A stretch of DNA of 60,853 nt from a virus. Its lineage: Duplodnaviria; Caudoviricetes. The stretch covers positions 1 to 60,853 of the IMG/VR virus record IMGVR_UViG_3300034375_004361. One strand, given 5' to 3'. The number at the start of each line of letters is the position of its first letter. Position 1 is the first letter of the stretch. The notes beneath the pieces are model-generated. The model was not told the DNA's origin and ran no database searches. It was given only the letters and a program-made list of their open reading frames with translations. Made by a program: the position numbers and the translations under genes. Shown one piece after another: positions 41,801-49,629 of this stretch.

Positions 41801-44800
41801 AGCGATTCCTGTAGATGCGATTTCAAGAGAGGTAAAGTCTGTTTCAGAGAGTGTTTCTGTTATCCAAAGTGCTAAGGCTCAGGGCAATCTGATGAAGCTC
41901 ATCGCTGACATGGTTGACCCAGCGGCACCCACTCCAGGCGCGAGAGTGAATAAGCGAGGAAAGCTTATTATTACGCCCTCGAAATCGGAGCTATGGAACA
42001 GAAAAAAGTCGGAGGTAATCGAGCTGCTCACTGCGAGCGGCATGAGCAAAGAGAACGCAGAGGCCTTGTATGCTGCTGCAAAAGCTTACAAGGAAGGAAG
42101 GACAGCGGGAAGGAAGGCTGCAGAAAAAGCTGCTCGTAACACCCTCGGCAAGAGAAACCAAAAGCTTAGCACCGAATCAAAGAGACTCAAGGAAGAACTA
42201 GACAAGCTTAAATCCAAAGCGAAGACAGTTGACGAGTTCTTTGGGTTCGCAGTAAAGCTCATCAACGAGCGTATGAAAGAGTTGGGTACTGTGCCCTTCT
42301 CCAACAAGGACGTTCAAAGGTTGATGAAGATTGCTAGGCAGGCTCACAAAGCTTCTGCTGCAAGGATTAAGAAAGAGGGTGGGGCTGAGGTGATGGACAC
42401 CTTTGTCGAGAAGCTCATCGACATCTTTGACAAGAAGGATTCGCAGAAGGCCATGGCTAATTACTTGGCCTCGGTGTCTGCTGCAAGAAAGCTTCAGCAG
42501 TCTTTGCGTCGTGTGGTCAAGTCACGTAAGAAAGGGGAAGCCCTCAAGTCTACCGCATCCTACAGTTCTGTCATTGGGAAACTTGCTGGCATCAACCCAG
42601 CATTGATTTCTCCTGCAGATATGGGGGACTTCCTCAACACCTTGGCTGCAGCTACAAGCTCTGTGACCAAGGTCAAGACGAAGTTCGACACAGAGGAGCA
42701 GCGCGTTGTTGCCGAAGCTCCGCAGAGAATCTCTGTTGAAGCTCTTGAAGTATTGGCTAACAAGTTCAAGGCCCTTGAAGAGATTGGAAGGAACGCGGCT
42801 ATGGTTGCCAAAGCCAGGGCTGCTGCAGCAAAGAACAACACGAGCTTTGATGAGGAGTATGACAAACTGGTCAAAGCATTCGAGAGGGGCAGACTGAGTG
42901 CAACACGCAAGGCTATCCTTGACTTTATCGACAACAACCCTGCACTCAACCTCGACCCAGCCAACCCAGCTGACGTAGAGTTTGTTTTGGGTAAGCTCGC
43001 AGAAGACAAGGCAGACTTGTTGGAACAGCAAAAGGATGCAATCATCACTGACGTGATTATCCCCAGAATCTTTGGGAACTTGGACAAGCTTCTTGAAGAC
43101 CAGCACATTGCAGAGATATTGGGAATCTTCGCAGAGGATGGGTTTGACCCACAGGCTCTGCGTCAGCGACTCAACAAACTAGACAAGATTACCCTTGCCA
43201 GCCTTGAGTTCAAGCTCGATGACTACATCATGAATGACTCGGTCATGGGTCTCGGATACTTGGCGGCAAGAGTTCGCGGTAAGATTGAGATGGCTGACAA
43301 AATTGATTCTGAGTTGGTAGCGAAAGGTATCGGTGCAGTTGGACAACCATTCTTGGCATTGTTTGATACAGCAGACTCGTTCATCAGACTCATCTTCCCT
43401 CAGGGTAACAAGACCATCGCTGAGATTAGAAACTACATTGGTTTCGCTCAGATGGAGAGAGCCTTTGCTAAGGCGGACATGATTCACGCGATGACTGTAG
43501 AGGCCATCACCGATGAGATGACCCGCATCGAAGAGGAAGGGGGCAGCCTTCGGTCAGTCAAGGACAATGCAATCATGCAAGTGTTCTCTATGGCTAGACA
43601 GATGCCGATGCTTGAGGAGGGGGCTCCAGGTCAGAACGCGGCAGAGTGGTACCTGAACTTGCGCGACGCTATGAAGCGAAGCATCGAGCACTACTCTGAG
43701 CAGAAAGACCTGTACAGCAACGAGGAGATTCAGGAGATGCAGGAGGCTTTCGACTACCTCTTCTCTGAACCTAATCTTGAAGGTTTGATTGACAAGGTTA
43801 CTAGTGAGCGTGCTGACCTTGCAGAGTTTGTCGACTTCATGGTCAACATCCACGGCACACAGCAAGACACCTTCGCCAACTACGTTGAGAGATACCTCGG
43901 TAAAACACTCAAAGTAGAGTCAAACTACACACCCTTCCAGGTTAAGACCAAGGTCCGTAATGACGCTGTCGATGAACAGCTCGCTATGCGTCAAGCTATC
44001 ATGGATAGCATGCGTACCTCTTCATTGGCAAACGCCAAGAAAGTTGCAGGTTCCTCTTACGAGCGTAATCCAAAAAGCATCAGCGGTGGTAACAATATCA
44101 TCGGCTTGAACTTCTTGAAGATTAACGAGCGTACACTTAGAGAGAACACAATCCTTACCAACACCGTTGGCGATGTGATGGCGTTGCAGGGAGCCTTCGC
44201 AAGTGAGGCGATGACTAAGCTTATCAAGGATGACGGTACGAGAAAGCAGCTGCATAACAAGATGATGCAGTACATCACTCAGGATGCGGGGCAAGCACCT
44301 GTTGCTTTCCAGTCAACAATCAGCATCAAGGGAAGAAAGGTGTTTAACCCACTGACCTTGGTTAGGAACGCTGTCGTTGTGAAGGCGTTTGGTTCATTGA
44401 TTATTCAGACCATGAAGCAATCTACTGTTGCTATCAGTGTCATGTCTAACGCAGAAAGGCCAACCGAAACCATCCCGTACTTCATCCAAACGATTGGTGA
44501 ACTCTGGGCTCACGCATTGAGAAACGGATTGTTCAAGGATTCCAAGCTTGCTCTGGAAGCTAACGGTAGATACAAGCTCCTCCAGAACTCTCCCGTGTTC
44601 TCAAGAGACTACGAGGCAGGTAACATCGACCCATACACTGGCAGCATCCAGACAGAAACAAACTGGTTCCAAAGAACCCAGGATAAGTTGACGTCTGTTG
44701 CCCTGCAGAACCTGAAGTCTACAGATAAAGTGGTCGCCGTCTCATCATGGTTTGCCTTCTATGCAGACTACCTCTTGTCCGAGGGTATCGTTGATAGTAT

Positions 44801-46130
44801 CGCCGACATCGACTGGCAAGAGCAGGCAGGTTCTCCTAACCAGGATGCACTTAGCTACGCTGACTCGATGGTTACGAAAGACCAGGCAGCGTCAACCCCA
44901 AGACAGGCAGCTGACGTATACAAGGATGAAGGCGGAGCACTTGCTCCCGCAGTGGCGTTCGTGAGAAACGTTGTCTTGCCCTTCGCAAGATTCGCTGTGA
45001 ACAAGAAGAGAAGCATCTACTCAGACTTCAGAAAGATTACCCAGGGTGATGCCCAAACAAAAAGAGAGGGATACAGATTGATGGCTGGTCACATGGCTGA
45101 ATTGGCTATGTTCCACACAATCGGTCAAGTCCTTATCCCCGCTGTCGCTCAGCTGCTCGCGGGTGAAGACGAAGAAGAGTCGGAGTTCAAGGACAACAAG
45201 TTGCTTAACATCGCAGCCAGTGTGGTCATTGACATGCTTCCCACCCCTCCCGTTGGATACTCTGACGACTTGCTCAAGGAGTTTGCCAACTACGCCATCT
45301 TGTTCAAGCTCCCACAGATGCTGGGTGATGAATCATTGCAGGCCACTCAGGGAGAGAGCGATGCCGAGTTGTTTGAACGCATGAAGCGTACACGTCCGAC
45401 CATCAGAACATACCACCAAGGAGCTGAGCTTACGGCAACATCTGCTATGAGCATGCTTATGGGACCTTACGGACAGTTCATCAACGACGCCGCCAACATT
45501 GTTCAGAACCTGTCCATCACAGATAACAAGGTAATCTCATCCACAGGTAGAGAATACTTCGTTAGACCTGAGGACAAGGACCGAATGGACATCCACCACG
45601 GCGCCAGGTTCCTCCTTGCCCTGAGTCAGATTGCTGGGTTCTCTTCAAAGGAACTCGATGTGATTGTTCGCAGGATGGACGACCTCCCTCGTGAACGTTC
45701 ATTCAACTCTGAAGAAGAACTTGCGGCATACGAAGTAATCATGCAAGGCTTCCGTCAAGAAGATGAGATTGCATCACTGCTTAGTGATGAGGCGGGGACA
45801 GAGAGGATTGCAAGAATCCTTCAGGAGAAGGCGAACATGAGTCCGTTCGAGGCTAGACGTGCAACTACTCGATTCAGAAAGGGTCTCGTCAGAGCTGCTG
45901 CTGAAGAATCCCTCAAGGAATATCCAGGATACTCCAAGCACATCCGAGACATCAGGTCAATCGACAAGGCGGCAAAGGATGCAAAAGACTACTACATCAT
46001 TGTGAATCGTAGAAAAGAACAAATGCCTGCAGCAGAATACGCTGAGTTCAAGTATCTTGCTGATACCTACATGGCTATCCTGAGGCAGGGCATGCTTCAA
46101 GAGAGTTCTTACTACAATATCACACAATGA
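35817..46130 (+). CDS. Giant polyvalent ejection protein, 3437 aa (zincin HExxH, GNAT-like and other domains)
   Basis: Hydrophobic Gly/Ala segments near aa 400-570; AYHEGYH...DEFLME; DAF...L.DIY..LGYKPVGR..FN.EYAP.GW. Confidence 0.7.
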   Translation: METKEQFLARYQAAVDAGASEAELQAMRRERLAQVRRQQEEDARLQQEEAERKKKEQEEAERLRLEQASEVDFGESTLASPAQAPEPRSGDSDSPPVVFNPHQNYEFQGRQIPGADAQMVYDYGQAYESNRNKWIEENFDIFQYYDSKGLDTSRLEQMSQDELEQERLSMIEALEYGVQNNTEDGLLEFARGLPDAPQPDTFDQLFNIPARAIYSGRDKGFYAPNFEPEEGSTLEEREQQYKDFVLDLERKSASNEIFSYINGQIEPDASSQFQETLGSDLTLEQRRSIEQNLYRNYDIATDLTGEGYVNESGQGWLGVTDVFSPGFRKSSLSMWDGVATAVENALGGNEEDQTARRERIEEIRKEMAVSNKSLEEKLLEGDVGGFFSDSIGMLGASAPLMGAAMLTGAVSRGNVRAVGSVTSLLGGATVYSENKDTDWFKNLSDAQALGFVVSSGVAEGLPAAVGSQIFAGKTIAGAIFKNIVTEGAEQSFKQWTKGLLIGAGLGAVEEGITEGVTAGWQYTSRINAQRAGGEAVKWDYDEFWRQTREGALAGMSMGATMASSGDVARTVASKGIDLIKTTAVIKELQQSFTQAESKQERAAIGKRIVEAVSAFSKLSEKRVALMEELEQSNPEAYKRLVEIHNRVEVLAEKYTRADRTARAGITKEVRKLLDERGTIEGEMDAIFETDGKVESQLLARAARKAGKRRSNYGGLFEDGRGKVTVSSENFGSVSKILSKLTEFDVSPFTTVTQDGKERQVTTGARIVKGVQNAMNVVKAMSSLGDFQFEIYKDFDTMVEDLMEMETKDPETGEVRKMNREEAANMVARGLYIGQGKAKLFLPGMLENTAYHEGYHDFVIQSLGTQAAVGLAKKLFQALPDNLKQRYGNFLKDYGDGTGDLTGTLRNKNVNKGVKVESADEFLMEFLADLSAGNISVDIQKSAIRKFMEFLSPHLGRIGVRDIPSAKIEDVVSAVNRLTSDVREGRRIDSIEQLKAATIRANYAGIAMKAGIISDDDAEDGFDETKKQAMESGGNKIFATVVFKVSLSGKANWPVKKVFENQAHLDNFVSYMERNRGWKFDELYVHEGEYNSETRQATRQKSEPIRETRDATSIDIIDASDAKGISFFARSMDRAMKMMAERGINIGLQVTQLSEEDVQKIVDEGGTIFMTSDYGAGGYITKEGYVGGIFKNPDSVFKRITKPMFAWMEAWAAERDLEIFFDAFATELEDIYIGLGYKPVGRTSFNREYAPDGWDAENSPLLDEPDVVFFTKGEGSKGEGVRYDDYMEAYDVVSNSVKKPKAQSLPNPELEQNAPVPFQQAANVSEAQMAERRKEIKLPESQRQTRNAVVLDVLNKYELGEITQEDYLRAVRENMPIKPFETVPEIPTVLDVASSLTSDKVTKGIIGVNKELPDGYYVGLRLDIPAYDTYDTWVVSVHQGKRAEERTPFLGGKAIGYGQTAVITNATFDSTPMASLNIARGKGKQTIARMFGDYKNESPESVYQRAVDIMNGSEYNSDYKQIGKMEGWIQVGMNPFRHSWFYDKRDGRPIAESSEVIQVGALVLAKDAVKISESDERFNAKSRVSGQTIKFQRVGSQGVDPVALVKPQQLGIFNLEFSATTTQMDEWLASGTVRTEDLSMLEGRAVLSHSPDNMMVGTASVDGRVIAKNGGGLFYSANTGDVWAVAGESAGKNMAGELNKLLKESRDGKAYMLLISGGRMKHRSSTNGVVTFANLGLELVNQGVLTKTEYKNALKKTIALTEERSIAAQIKANETKVKKGGKADPLKRGTAKLSSMAGSTEALMQRFFEEFASAKKSTFEQRREFAETFGTVLGEVVKAKASQDSKTKADIIAKYEKMFDAKPNMRQFGSFLKNFFFDYFQEKVLQGVEPNQIYGAIEITSEVKLERDPNPLASYPLKLVNVDTNAPAPKTIVFKTMNDAISTLESRDRNIEQNNRLGVGDMKLDAKGKLSYITKQAFQMMGGMGQATWGRMFVKEAIPVDAISREVKSVSESVSVIQSAKAQGNLMKLIADMVDPAAPTPGARVNKRGKLIITPSKSELWNRKKSEVIELLTASGMSKENAEALYAAAKAYKEGRTAGRKAAEKAARNTLGKRNQKLSTESKRLKEELDKLKSKAKTVDEFFGFAVKLINERMKELGTVPFSNKDVQRLMKIARQAHKASAARIKKEGGAEVMDTFVEKLIDIFDKKDSQKAMANYLASVSAARKLQQSLRRVVKSRKKGEALKSTASYSSVIGKLAGINPALISPADMGDFLNTLAAATSSVTKVKTKFDTEEQRVVAEAPQRISVEALEVLANKFKALEEIGRNAAMVAKARAAAAKNNTSFDEEYDKLVKAFERGRLSATRKAILDFIDNNPALNLDPANPADVEFVLGKLAEDKADLLEQQKDAIITDVIIPRIFGNLDKLLEDQHIAEILGIFAEDGFDPQALRQRLNKLDKITLASLEFKLDDYIMNDSVMGLGYLAARVRGKIEMADKIDSELVAKGIGAVGQPFLALFDTADSFIRLIFPQGNKTIAEIRNYIGFAQMERAFAKADMIHAMTVEAITDEMTRIEEEGGSLRSVKDNAIMQVFSMARQMPMLEEGAPGQNAAEWYLNLRDAMKRSIEHYSEQKDLYSNEEIQEMQEAFDYLFSEPNLEGLIDKVTSERADLAEFVDFMVNIHGTQQDTFANYVERYLGKTLKVESNYTPFQVKTKVRNDAVDEQLAMRQAIMDSMRTSSLANAKKVAGSSYERNPKSISGGNNIIGLNFLKINERTLRENTILTNTVGDVMALQGAFASEAMTKLIKDDGTRKQLHNKMMQYITQDAGQAPVAFQSTISIKGRKVFNPLTLVRNAVVVKAFGSLIIQTMKQSTVAISVMSNAERPTETIPYFIQTIGELWAHALRNGLFKDSKLALEANGRYKLLQNSPVFSRDYEAGNIDPYTGSIQTETNWFQRTQDKLTSVALQNLKSTDKVVAVSSWFAFYADYLLSEGIVDSIADIDWQEQAGSPNQDALSYADSMVTKDQAASTPRQAADVYKDEGGALAPAVAFVRNVVLPFARFAVNKKRSIYSDFRKITQGDAQTKREGYRLMAGHMAELAMFHTIGQVLIPAVAQLLAGEDEEESEFKDNKLLNIAASVVIDMLPTPPVGYSDDLLKEFANYAILFKLPQMLGDESLQATQGESDAELFERMKRTRPTIRTYHQGAELTATSAMSMLMGPYGQFINDAANIVQNLSITDNKVISSTGREYFVRPEDKDRMDIHHGARFLLALSQIAGFSSKELDVIVRRMDDLPRERSFNSEEELAAYEVIMQGFRQEDEIASLLSDEAGTERIARILQEKANMSPFEARRATTRFRKGLVRAAAEESLKEYPGYSKHIRDIRSIDKAAKDAKDYYIIVNRRKEQMPAAEYAEFKYLADTYMAILRQGMLQESSYYNITQ

Positions 46131-46657
46131 AATTAGAAGTTTTAAGAATAAGCAGTCAAGAGGATTCTACTTCGGGAGTTCTCTTTGACGTCACTGGAAA
46201 CAGAGAGTTCCTGTGTTACACACTAGAAGATGAACAAAGAGATACAAAGATTGCTGGAGAGACTCGCGTACCCGCTGGAACTTATCGAATCACTTATCGA
46301 ACAGAGGGTGGCTTCCATAAGAAGTACTCCCACCGCTTCCAAGATATTCATCGGGGTATGCTATGGGTTCGTGATGTTCCTGGCTTTGAGTACATACTTA
46401 TTCATTGCGGTAATACTGACGAGCATACTGCTGGTTGCCTCCTGGTTGGAGAGACTCAGTCGAGCAATGTTAAAACTGCTGACGGGTTTATTGGAAAAAG
46501 CACACAAGCCTACTTCGACTTCTATCCCAGAGTTGCTGAAGCTCTTGACCGAGGCGAAGAAGTAATCATTACATATATCGACTACGATGGAAAACAAAAA
46601 GATAAAAGAAACAAAGCTCGGTTCCTGGCTAAAACAAAAAGCCCCCGCCGTTCTTGA
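46127..46657 (+). CDS. DUF5675-family protein (candidate endolysin)
   Basis: FLCYTLED, ETRVPAGTY, VPGFEYILIH.GN...HTAGCLLVG; adjacent to holin. Confidence 0.75.
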   Translation: MKLEVLRISSQEDSTSGVLFDVTGNREFLCYTLEDEQRDTKIAGETRVPAGTYRITYRTEGGFHKKYSHRFQDIHRGMLWVRDVPGFEYILIHCGNTDEHTAGCLLVGETQSSNVKTADGFIGKSTQAYFDFYPRVAEALDRGEEVIITYIDYDGKQKDKRNKARFLAKTKSPRRS

Positions 46658-47027
46658 CGTAGCTGGTGACATGCTGCCCGACCAGGGTATGCTTGGTGTG
46701 GTCAAGAACCTGCTCGACAAAGAGCCAGGAGTTGACCCATCCGAGGCCAAGGCTATGGTAGATGCAGAGATTGCGTACCAGAACAACGTGACTGAGAGAT
46801 GGAAGGCAGACATGGGCAGCGATGTCAAGCTGGCAAAGCTTATCAGGCCCGTCACTTTGATTGCTTTAATGAGCATGTTTATGGCGACCATGGTGGCTGA
46901 CAGCATGGACAACTGGGCCTTCAACGTAAAAGACAGTTACGTATCTTTGTTAGAGATTCTAATGTTGACTTCTTTCGGTGCATACTTTGCGGGCCGCACC
47001 ATTGAAAAAGCTCGACCAAAAAAATAA
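46587..47027 (+). CDS. Holin (3TM/GTA-type-like)
   Basis: RWKADM.SD..L.K.IRP; two C-terminal TM helices; AYF.GRT.EK. Confidence 0.75.
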   Translation: MENKKIKETKLGSWLKQKAPAVLDVAGDMLPDQGMLGVVKNLLDKEPGVDPSEAKAMVDAEIAYQNNVTERWKADMGSDVKLAKLIRPVTLIALMSMFMATMVADSMDNWAFNVKDSYVSLLEILMLTSFGAYFAGRTIEKARPKK

Positions 47028-47029
47028 TC

Positions 47030-47302
47030 ATGGCATACAGTTTTGCATCTAAACAGTGGACCATTTCTGGTGAACACACTTTCAACGACCAGGGTATCAC
47101 ACTTTTGAACCCAGTCATCAAACCAAACAGCGTCAGAGTTAAAGGGGAGGTGGTGTATGTTGACTTTGAACTCACCGAGAACGGAGGCGTGTACAAGCAC
47201 GGCACTTCATTCAAGTACGACACCACTACAGAAAACAACATCAACGATTTGGTTGACGACGTAGTGGCAGCTGCATTCCCCACCGCAACAGTTGTAGAAT
47301 GA
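47030..47302 (+). CDS. Hypothetical protein, 90 aa, beta-rich
   Basis: ORF with A-rich leader, coupled to next ORF. Confidence 0.7.
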   Translation: MAYSFASKQWTISGEHTFNDQGITLLNPVIKPNSVRVKGEVVYVDFELTENGGVYKHGTSFKYDTTTENNINDLVDDVVAAAFPTATVVE

Positions 47303-47436
47303 GCGAGAAGAGAGACGACTTCGGCTGTGATTTCTTGGACCAAGACAAGCTCAAGGAACAAGAAGCAAAGATTGAGAGCGGAGAGCTGGTATGCAACATG
47401 GAGAATCCAGAGGAGTGTGAGGCTTGCGGTTCCTAA
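47299..47436 (+). CDS. 45-aa acidic peptide ending in an RNR-alpha-like C-terminal Cys tail (not in ORF track)
   Basis: MSEKRDDFGCDFLDQDKLKEQEAKIESGELVCNMENPEECEACGS; ATGA overlap with upstream gene. Confidence 0.75.
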   Translation: MSEKRDDFGCDFLDQDKLKEQEAKIESGELVCNMENPEECEACGS

Positions 47437-48463
47437 TGGGCTGAGGCTTTTCCTCGTCGCATCACTTTTGTGCGTGGCTTCTGTCGCTCAAGGACAGCTG
47501 CTACGATTTTCTACGCTCTACGGTAGCCTCAGTGGTAATGCCCCACTAGTAGAGAACTCTAAGTACAGAGTTAATGGAGTTGCTGGCTCAGGATATCTTG
47601 AAGAGATTACTGAGGTAAACAAAGCAAACTACATTCTCACCGTTGGCCTTAGGAAGATTGCTAGGTTTGACTATCAGGTCAAGCAAGGTCAGTTCTACAC
47701 GGGTCAGGAGAACGAGATTAGTGACAATGCTACTGTGTCAAATGCTCCAGGACTGGAGTACTTGCTTGAGTATTCTGCTGTCAGGAACAGAGGTGATGTC
47801 TTCCGCCAGCAAGAGTACAGGGTAAGGTATATCAGTAACTGGTTCACGTTGAGGGGTAGCTACATCAGTGATGGCCTTATCAATCTGAAGTACACTCAGG
47901 CAGAGCTCAGACTACGCAAGAGGTTTGGAGACTTTGACTTTACAATAGGTGCCGCTCACAGGGCGCACCCAGTGTATGGGTACTCTCCCATCGAGGCTTG
48001 GTTTGATGACCCAAACAACAAGCACTGGTGGCAGCTTGCAAACGAGTTTGGCTTTTACAGTGACGATGATGAGGTCTGGAGACTAAACGGTGATGTCATT
48101 GCCCAATCCGACGTAGAGTTTTACGGGTATCACTTTGGTGATATTGTAAATGACTACAACAGAAGAGAGCTGAGTGAGTTTGGGCTTCAGCAAGAACTAT
48201 CTGGTGTCGTAGGTATTGACTACTACAAGTACGGTGAAGACTCTTGGGTCCACACATGGTGCTCTATTTACAGCATGCACAGAGGACTTGACGACTTCTC
48301 TTTTGACTACGAAGACCCCATGGATATTGAGTGGGACGCTGGTTTAGTCATCGGCTCAAAGCTCAACAATCATCTTAGTATATTTGTAGAAGCCAGACAC
48401 TTACAGTACTGGCAGATTACATCATACGCGGGTAGGTGCGGCTTTAATTATTTATTCTTCTAA
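47417..48463 (+). CDS. Putative outer-membrane beta-barrel protein
   Basis: Likely GTG start at 47417; signal peptide ending VAQG/Q; amphipathic aromatic-rich strands; C-terminal GFNYLFF. Confidence 0.65.
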   Translation: MRLAVPNGLRLFLVASLLCVASVAQGQLLRFSTLYGSLSGNAPLVENSKYRVNGVAGSGYLEEITEVNKANYILTVGLRKIARFDYQVKQGQFYTGQENEISDNATVSNAPGLEYLLEYSAVRNRGDVFRQQEYRVRYISNWFTLRGSYISDGLINLKYTQAELRLRKRFGDFDFTIGAAHRAHPVYGYSPIEAWFDDPNNKHWWQLANEFGFYSDDDEVWRLNGDVIAQSDVEFYGYHFGDIVNDYNRRELSEFGLQQELSGVVGIDYYKYGEDSWVHTWCSIYSMHRGLDDFSFDYEDPMDIEWDAGLVIGSKLNNHLSIFVEARHLQYWQITSYAGRCGFNYLFF

Positions 48464-48465
48464 AA

Positions 48466-48741
48466 ATGGCAAAGGTTGGCGAGAACACTGAGGTAACTCT
48501 AGATTTGAAAACTCTAGGGATGGTAGCCGCAGGGGTTGGGAGCATGGTCGCCATGTGGTTCTCGCTTCAAGCGGACATCGCTGAGGCCAAGGAGTTGCCA
48601 GCTCCTCATGCTCCTGAGATTACTCGAATGGAGTTTGACATGAAGGACCAGCTCGTTCGACAGACAATCATGAGCACACAGGAGGATGTCACCGAGATGA
48701 AGGAGGACATCAAGATGATTAAAGAAAAACTTTATGAGTAA
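48466..48741 (+). CDS. Single-TM protein with C-terminal coiled coil
   Basis: LGMVAAGVGSMVAMWFSL then heptad-like DVTEMKEDIKMIKEKL. Confidence 0.7.
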   Translation: MAKVGENTEVTLDLKTLGMVAAGVGSMVAMWFSLQADIAEAKELPAPHAPEITRMEFDMKDQLVRQTIMSTQEDVTEMKEDIKMIKEKLYE

Positions 48742-49105
48742 GGTTGTTCTTCTTCTGCTCTTCTTACCGCTATCTGCATTGTCTCAAAACTTTGTAACGC
48801 TTGATGACCTTGACTCTAAAAAGTCAAAGGGTATTACGGTGATTGAGTTCTGGGCTGCCTGGAACAAAGGCAATCAAGTTGAGTTCTTAAAAGAACTAAA
48901 AGACTGCAGGTCTTATCGACTATCTATTGATGACAACCCTGTTGCTGTATCGCAGTACACAGTTAGTAGCGTGCCCACATTGCTTGTCTTTGATAACGGG
49001 ACTGAGGTCGCTCGATTCTCTCCGACAATCATGATGCAGCTTTCTGCAACAAGACAAGAAATTCAACAAGAGATAGACCAGATTATTCTAAAAAAGTTTC
49101 AATGA
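48734..49105 (+). CDS. Exported thioredoxin-fold protein lacking the CxxC active site
   Basis: Signal peptide ALS/Q; VIEFWAAWN (for WCxxC), IDDNP, Y.V.SVPTLLVFDNG.EV.R. Confidence 0.75.
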   Translation: MSKVVLLLLFLPLSALSQNFVTLDDLDSKKSKGITVIEFWAAWNKGNQVEFLKELKDCRSYRLSIDDNPVAVSQYTVSSVPTLLVFDNGTEVARFSPTIMMQLSATRQEIQQEIDQIILKKFQ

Positions 49106-49629
49106 TGAAGAGGTTTCTTTCGACTATCGCCACGGCTTTCGTTCTAATCCCAGCGTGGACACAGCCAAATGTAACCCCTGTCTTTGTAGAGTGTACAGCA
49201 GGGGAGTACCCAAACGAGATTACGTGGGAGATTATGACGTGCGACAGCATGGTTCTTCTTGGAGGAGGTGCTCCGTACTTCGGGGCCGCGTTGATGCCAG
49301 ACCCAGATAGGTTCATCATTCACATGATGGACAGCTACGGCGACGGATGGAATGGCGCATACCTTTTCGTAGGTGAGGGGCAGTATGGATTCCTGTCCGA
49401 CGTTGATTGGATTGACTCACTTGGAACCTGGCCCCAAGACCAACCAGAGCAGTGGGTTACTGTAGGATGCGGTCAGCCTATCACAAGCATTGACGAGATT
49501 GTTGAGGACACGTTCTCAGCTACAGAATACTACAACCTCTTCGGTCAACGTGTACAGCTCAACGGTCCTGGATACTACGTTGCCACAGATGGCACGCGCT
49601 CAAAGCTTATCTACAGGAGAGAAGATTAA
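49102..49629 (+). CDS. Secreted protein with T9SS-like C-terminal sorting domain
   Basis: Signal peptide AWT/Q; YPNEITWEI, DSYGDGWNG; C-terminus SIDE...YYNLFGQRV....GYYV....SKLI. Confidence 0.65.
   Translation: MMKRFLSTIATAFVLIPAWTQPNVTPVFVECTAGEYPNEITWEIMTCDSMVLLGGGAPYFGAALMPDPDRFIIHMMDSYGDGWNGAYLFVGEGQYGFLSDVDWIDSLGTWPQDQPEQWVTVGCGQPITSIDEIVEDTFSATEYYNLFGQRVQLNGPGYYVATDGTRSKLIYRRED

Noticed and set aside
35817-46130. Virion RNA polymerase as in crAss-like or N4-like phages
   Set aside because: No DxDxD catalytic motif or T7-like RNAP motifs recognised; cannot be fully excluded without profile search
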